A stretch of DNA of 64,000 bases from Chiloscyllium plagiosum (lineage: Eukaryota). The notes beneath the pieces are model-generated. The model saw nothing but the letters and a program-made list of their open reading frames with translations. It was not told the DNA's origin and ran no database searches. Below, piece after piece: positions 63,270-64,000 of the stretch. The stretch's first letter is position 1, and the number at the start of each line of letters is the position of its first letter. The translations under genes were made by a program, and so were the position numbers. The stretch spans positions 6,614,788 through 6,678,787 of the forward strand of contig NC_057756.1 of assembly GCF_004010195.1 (NCBI RefSeq), read 5' to 3'.

Positions 63270-63700
63270 AGATGTGCAGGTTAGGGTGGACTAACCATGC
63301 TAAATTGCCCATAGTGTCCAGGGATGTGCAGGTTAGGGTGGGTTGGCCATTGTGTCCAGGGATGTGCAGGTTAGGGTGGATTGGCCATGCTAAATTGTCT
63401 CATTGTGTCAAGGGATGTGCAGGTTAGGGTGGATTGGCCATGCTAAATTGTTTCATTGTGTCAAGGGATGTGCAGGTTAAGGTGGATTGGCCATGCCAAA
63501 TTACCCATAGTGCCCAGGGATGTGTAGGTTAAGGTGGATTGGCCATGCCAAATTACCCATAGTGTCAAGGGATGTGCAGGTTAAGGTGGATTGACCATGC
63601 TAAATTGCCCATAGTGTCCAGGGATGTGCAGGATAGGGTGGATTGGCCATGCTAAATTGCCCTGTGGTCCAGTGATATGCGGGTTAGGGTGGATTAGCCA
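63270..63700 (+). repeat. HE1 SINE internal 53-bp unit expanded to about 8 copies; inverse arrays at 58560-58760 and 59340-59500
   Basis: Tandem gatgtgcaggttagggtggattggccatgctaaattgcccatagtgtccagg-type units. Confidence 0.9.
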
Positions 63701-63947
63701 TGATTAATGTGGGGTAATGGGGATGGGGTAGGGTGGTGAGTTTGGGTGTGATGCTGTCCGGACAGGCAGTGTGGACAGGATGGGCCGAATGGCTTGCTTC
63801 CACACTGTAGACCTGTGAAATTTTATTTGTGAAAATACTGATTGTATTTTTCATTTCTTCCTTTGCTTGGCTGACTATTGCTGTGGAAAGTGACATTGAT
63901 CATGAGCTCCCTTTTCTGAAATGAATAGATCTGGTTTTATTTTCCAG

Positions 63948-64000
63948 AATTTATCGTGGCATCTTGCTATCTTGCTGTAGCGGCAGGTCACCCAATGGAA
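63948..64000 (+). CDS. Putative CC-repeat exon E, truncated by the window end (xIYRGILLSCCSGRSPNG...)
   Basis: Acceptor ggttttattttccag, phase 2 in, CC at codons 9-10. Nucleotide similarity to exon D (gtggcatcttgctatcttgctgtagc vs gtggcctttccctgtcttgctgcagc). Confidence 0.65.

Overview
Eukaryotic, repeat-dense vertebrate DNA. The repeat content (HE1-type tRNA SINEs, HER1/CR1 LINEs) points to a shark/elasmobranch genome, which is an inference. Most long ORFs in the supplied track are transposon debris or chance ORFs. Reading splice sites by hand gives two + strand Ig-superfamily receptor genes separated by a 500-N gap. (1) A complete Siglec-like inhibitory receptor (76-22701, about 525 aa): leader, V-set with the essential Arg, C2-set, three tandem copies of a MAG-D5-like domain (the first one dead), TM, and a tail with an ITIM plus an ITIM-like motif. 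(2) A CEACAM-like gene (31899 to beyond the window end): leader, disulfide-less N domain, A-type domain and a hydrophobic exon. This is followed by an unexpected series of short phase-2 exons, each encoding a Cys-Cys motif, four of them at the same codon position. Introns hold three large inverted repeats (one a perfect 436-bp palindrome), many Penelope-derived fold-back elements with minimal hammerhead-ribozyme motifs, Tx1/L1 and Rex1-like fragments, and several minisatellites. All exon structures are manual predictions without transcript evidence.
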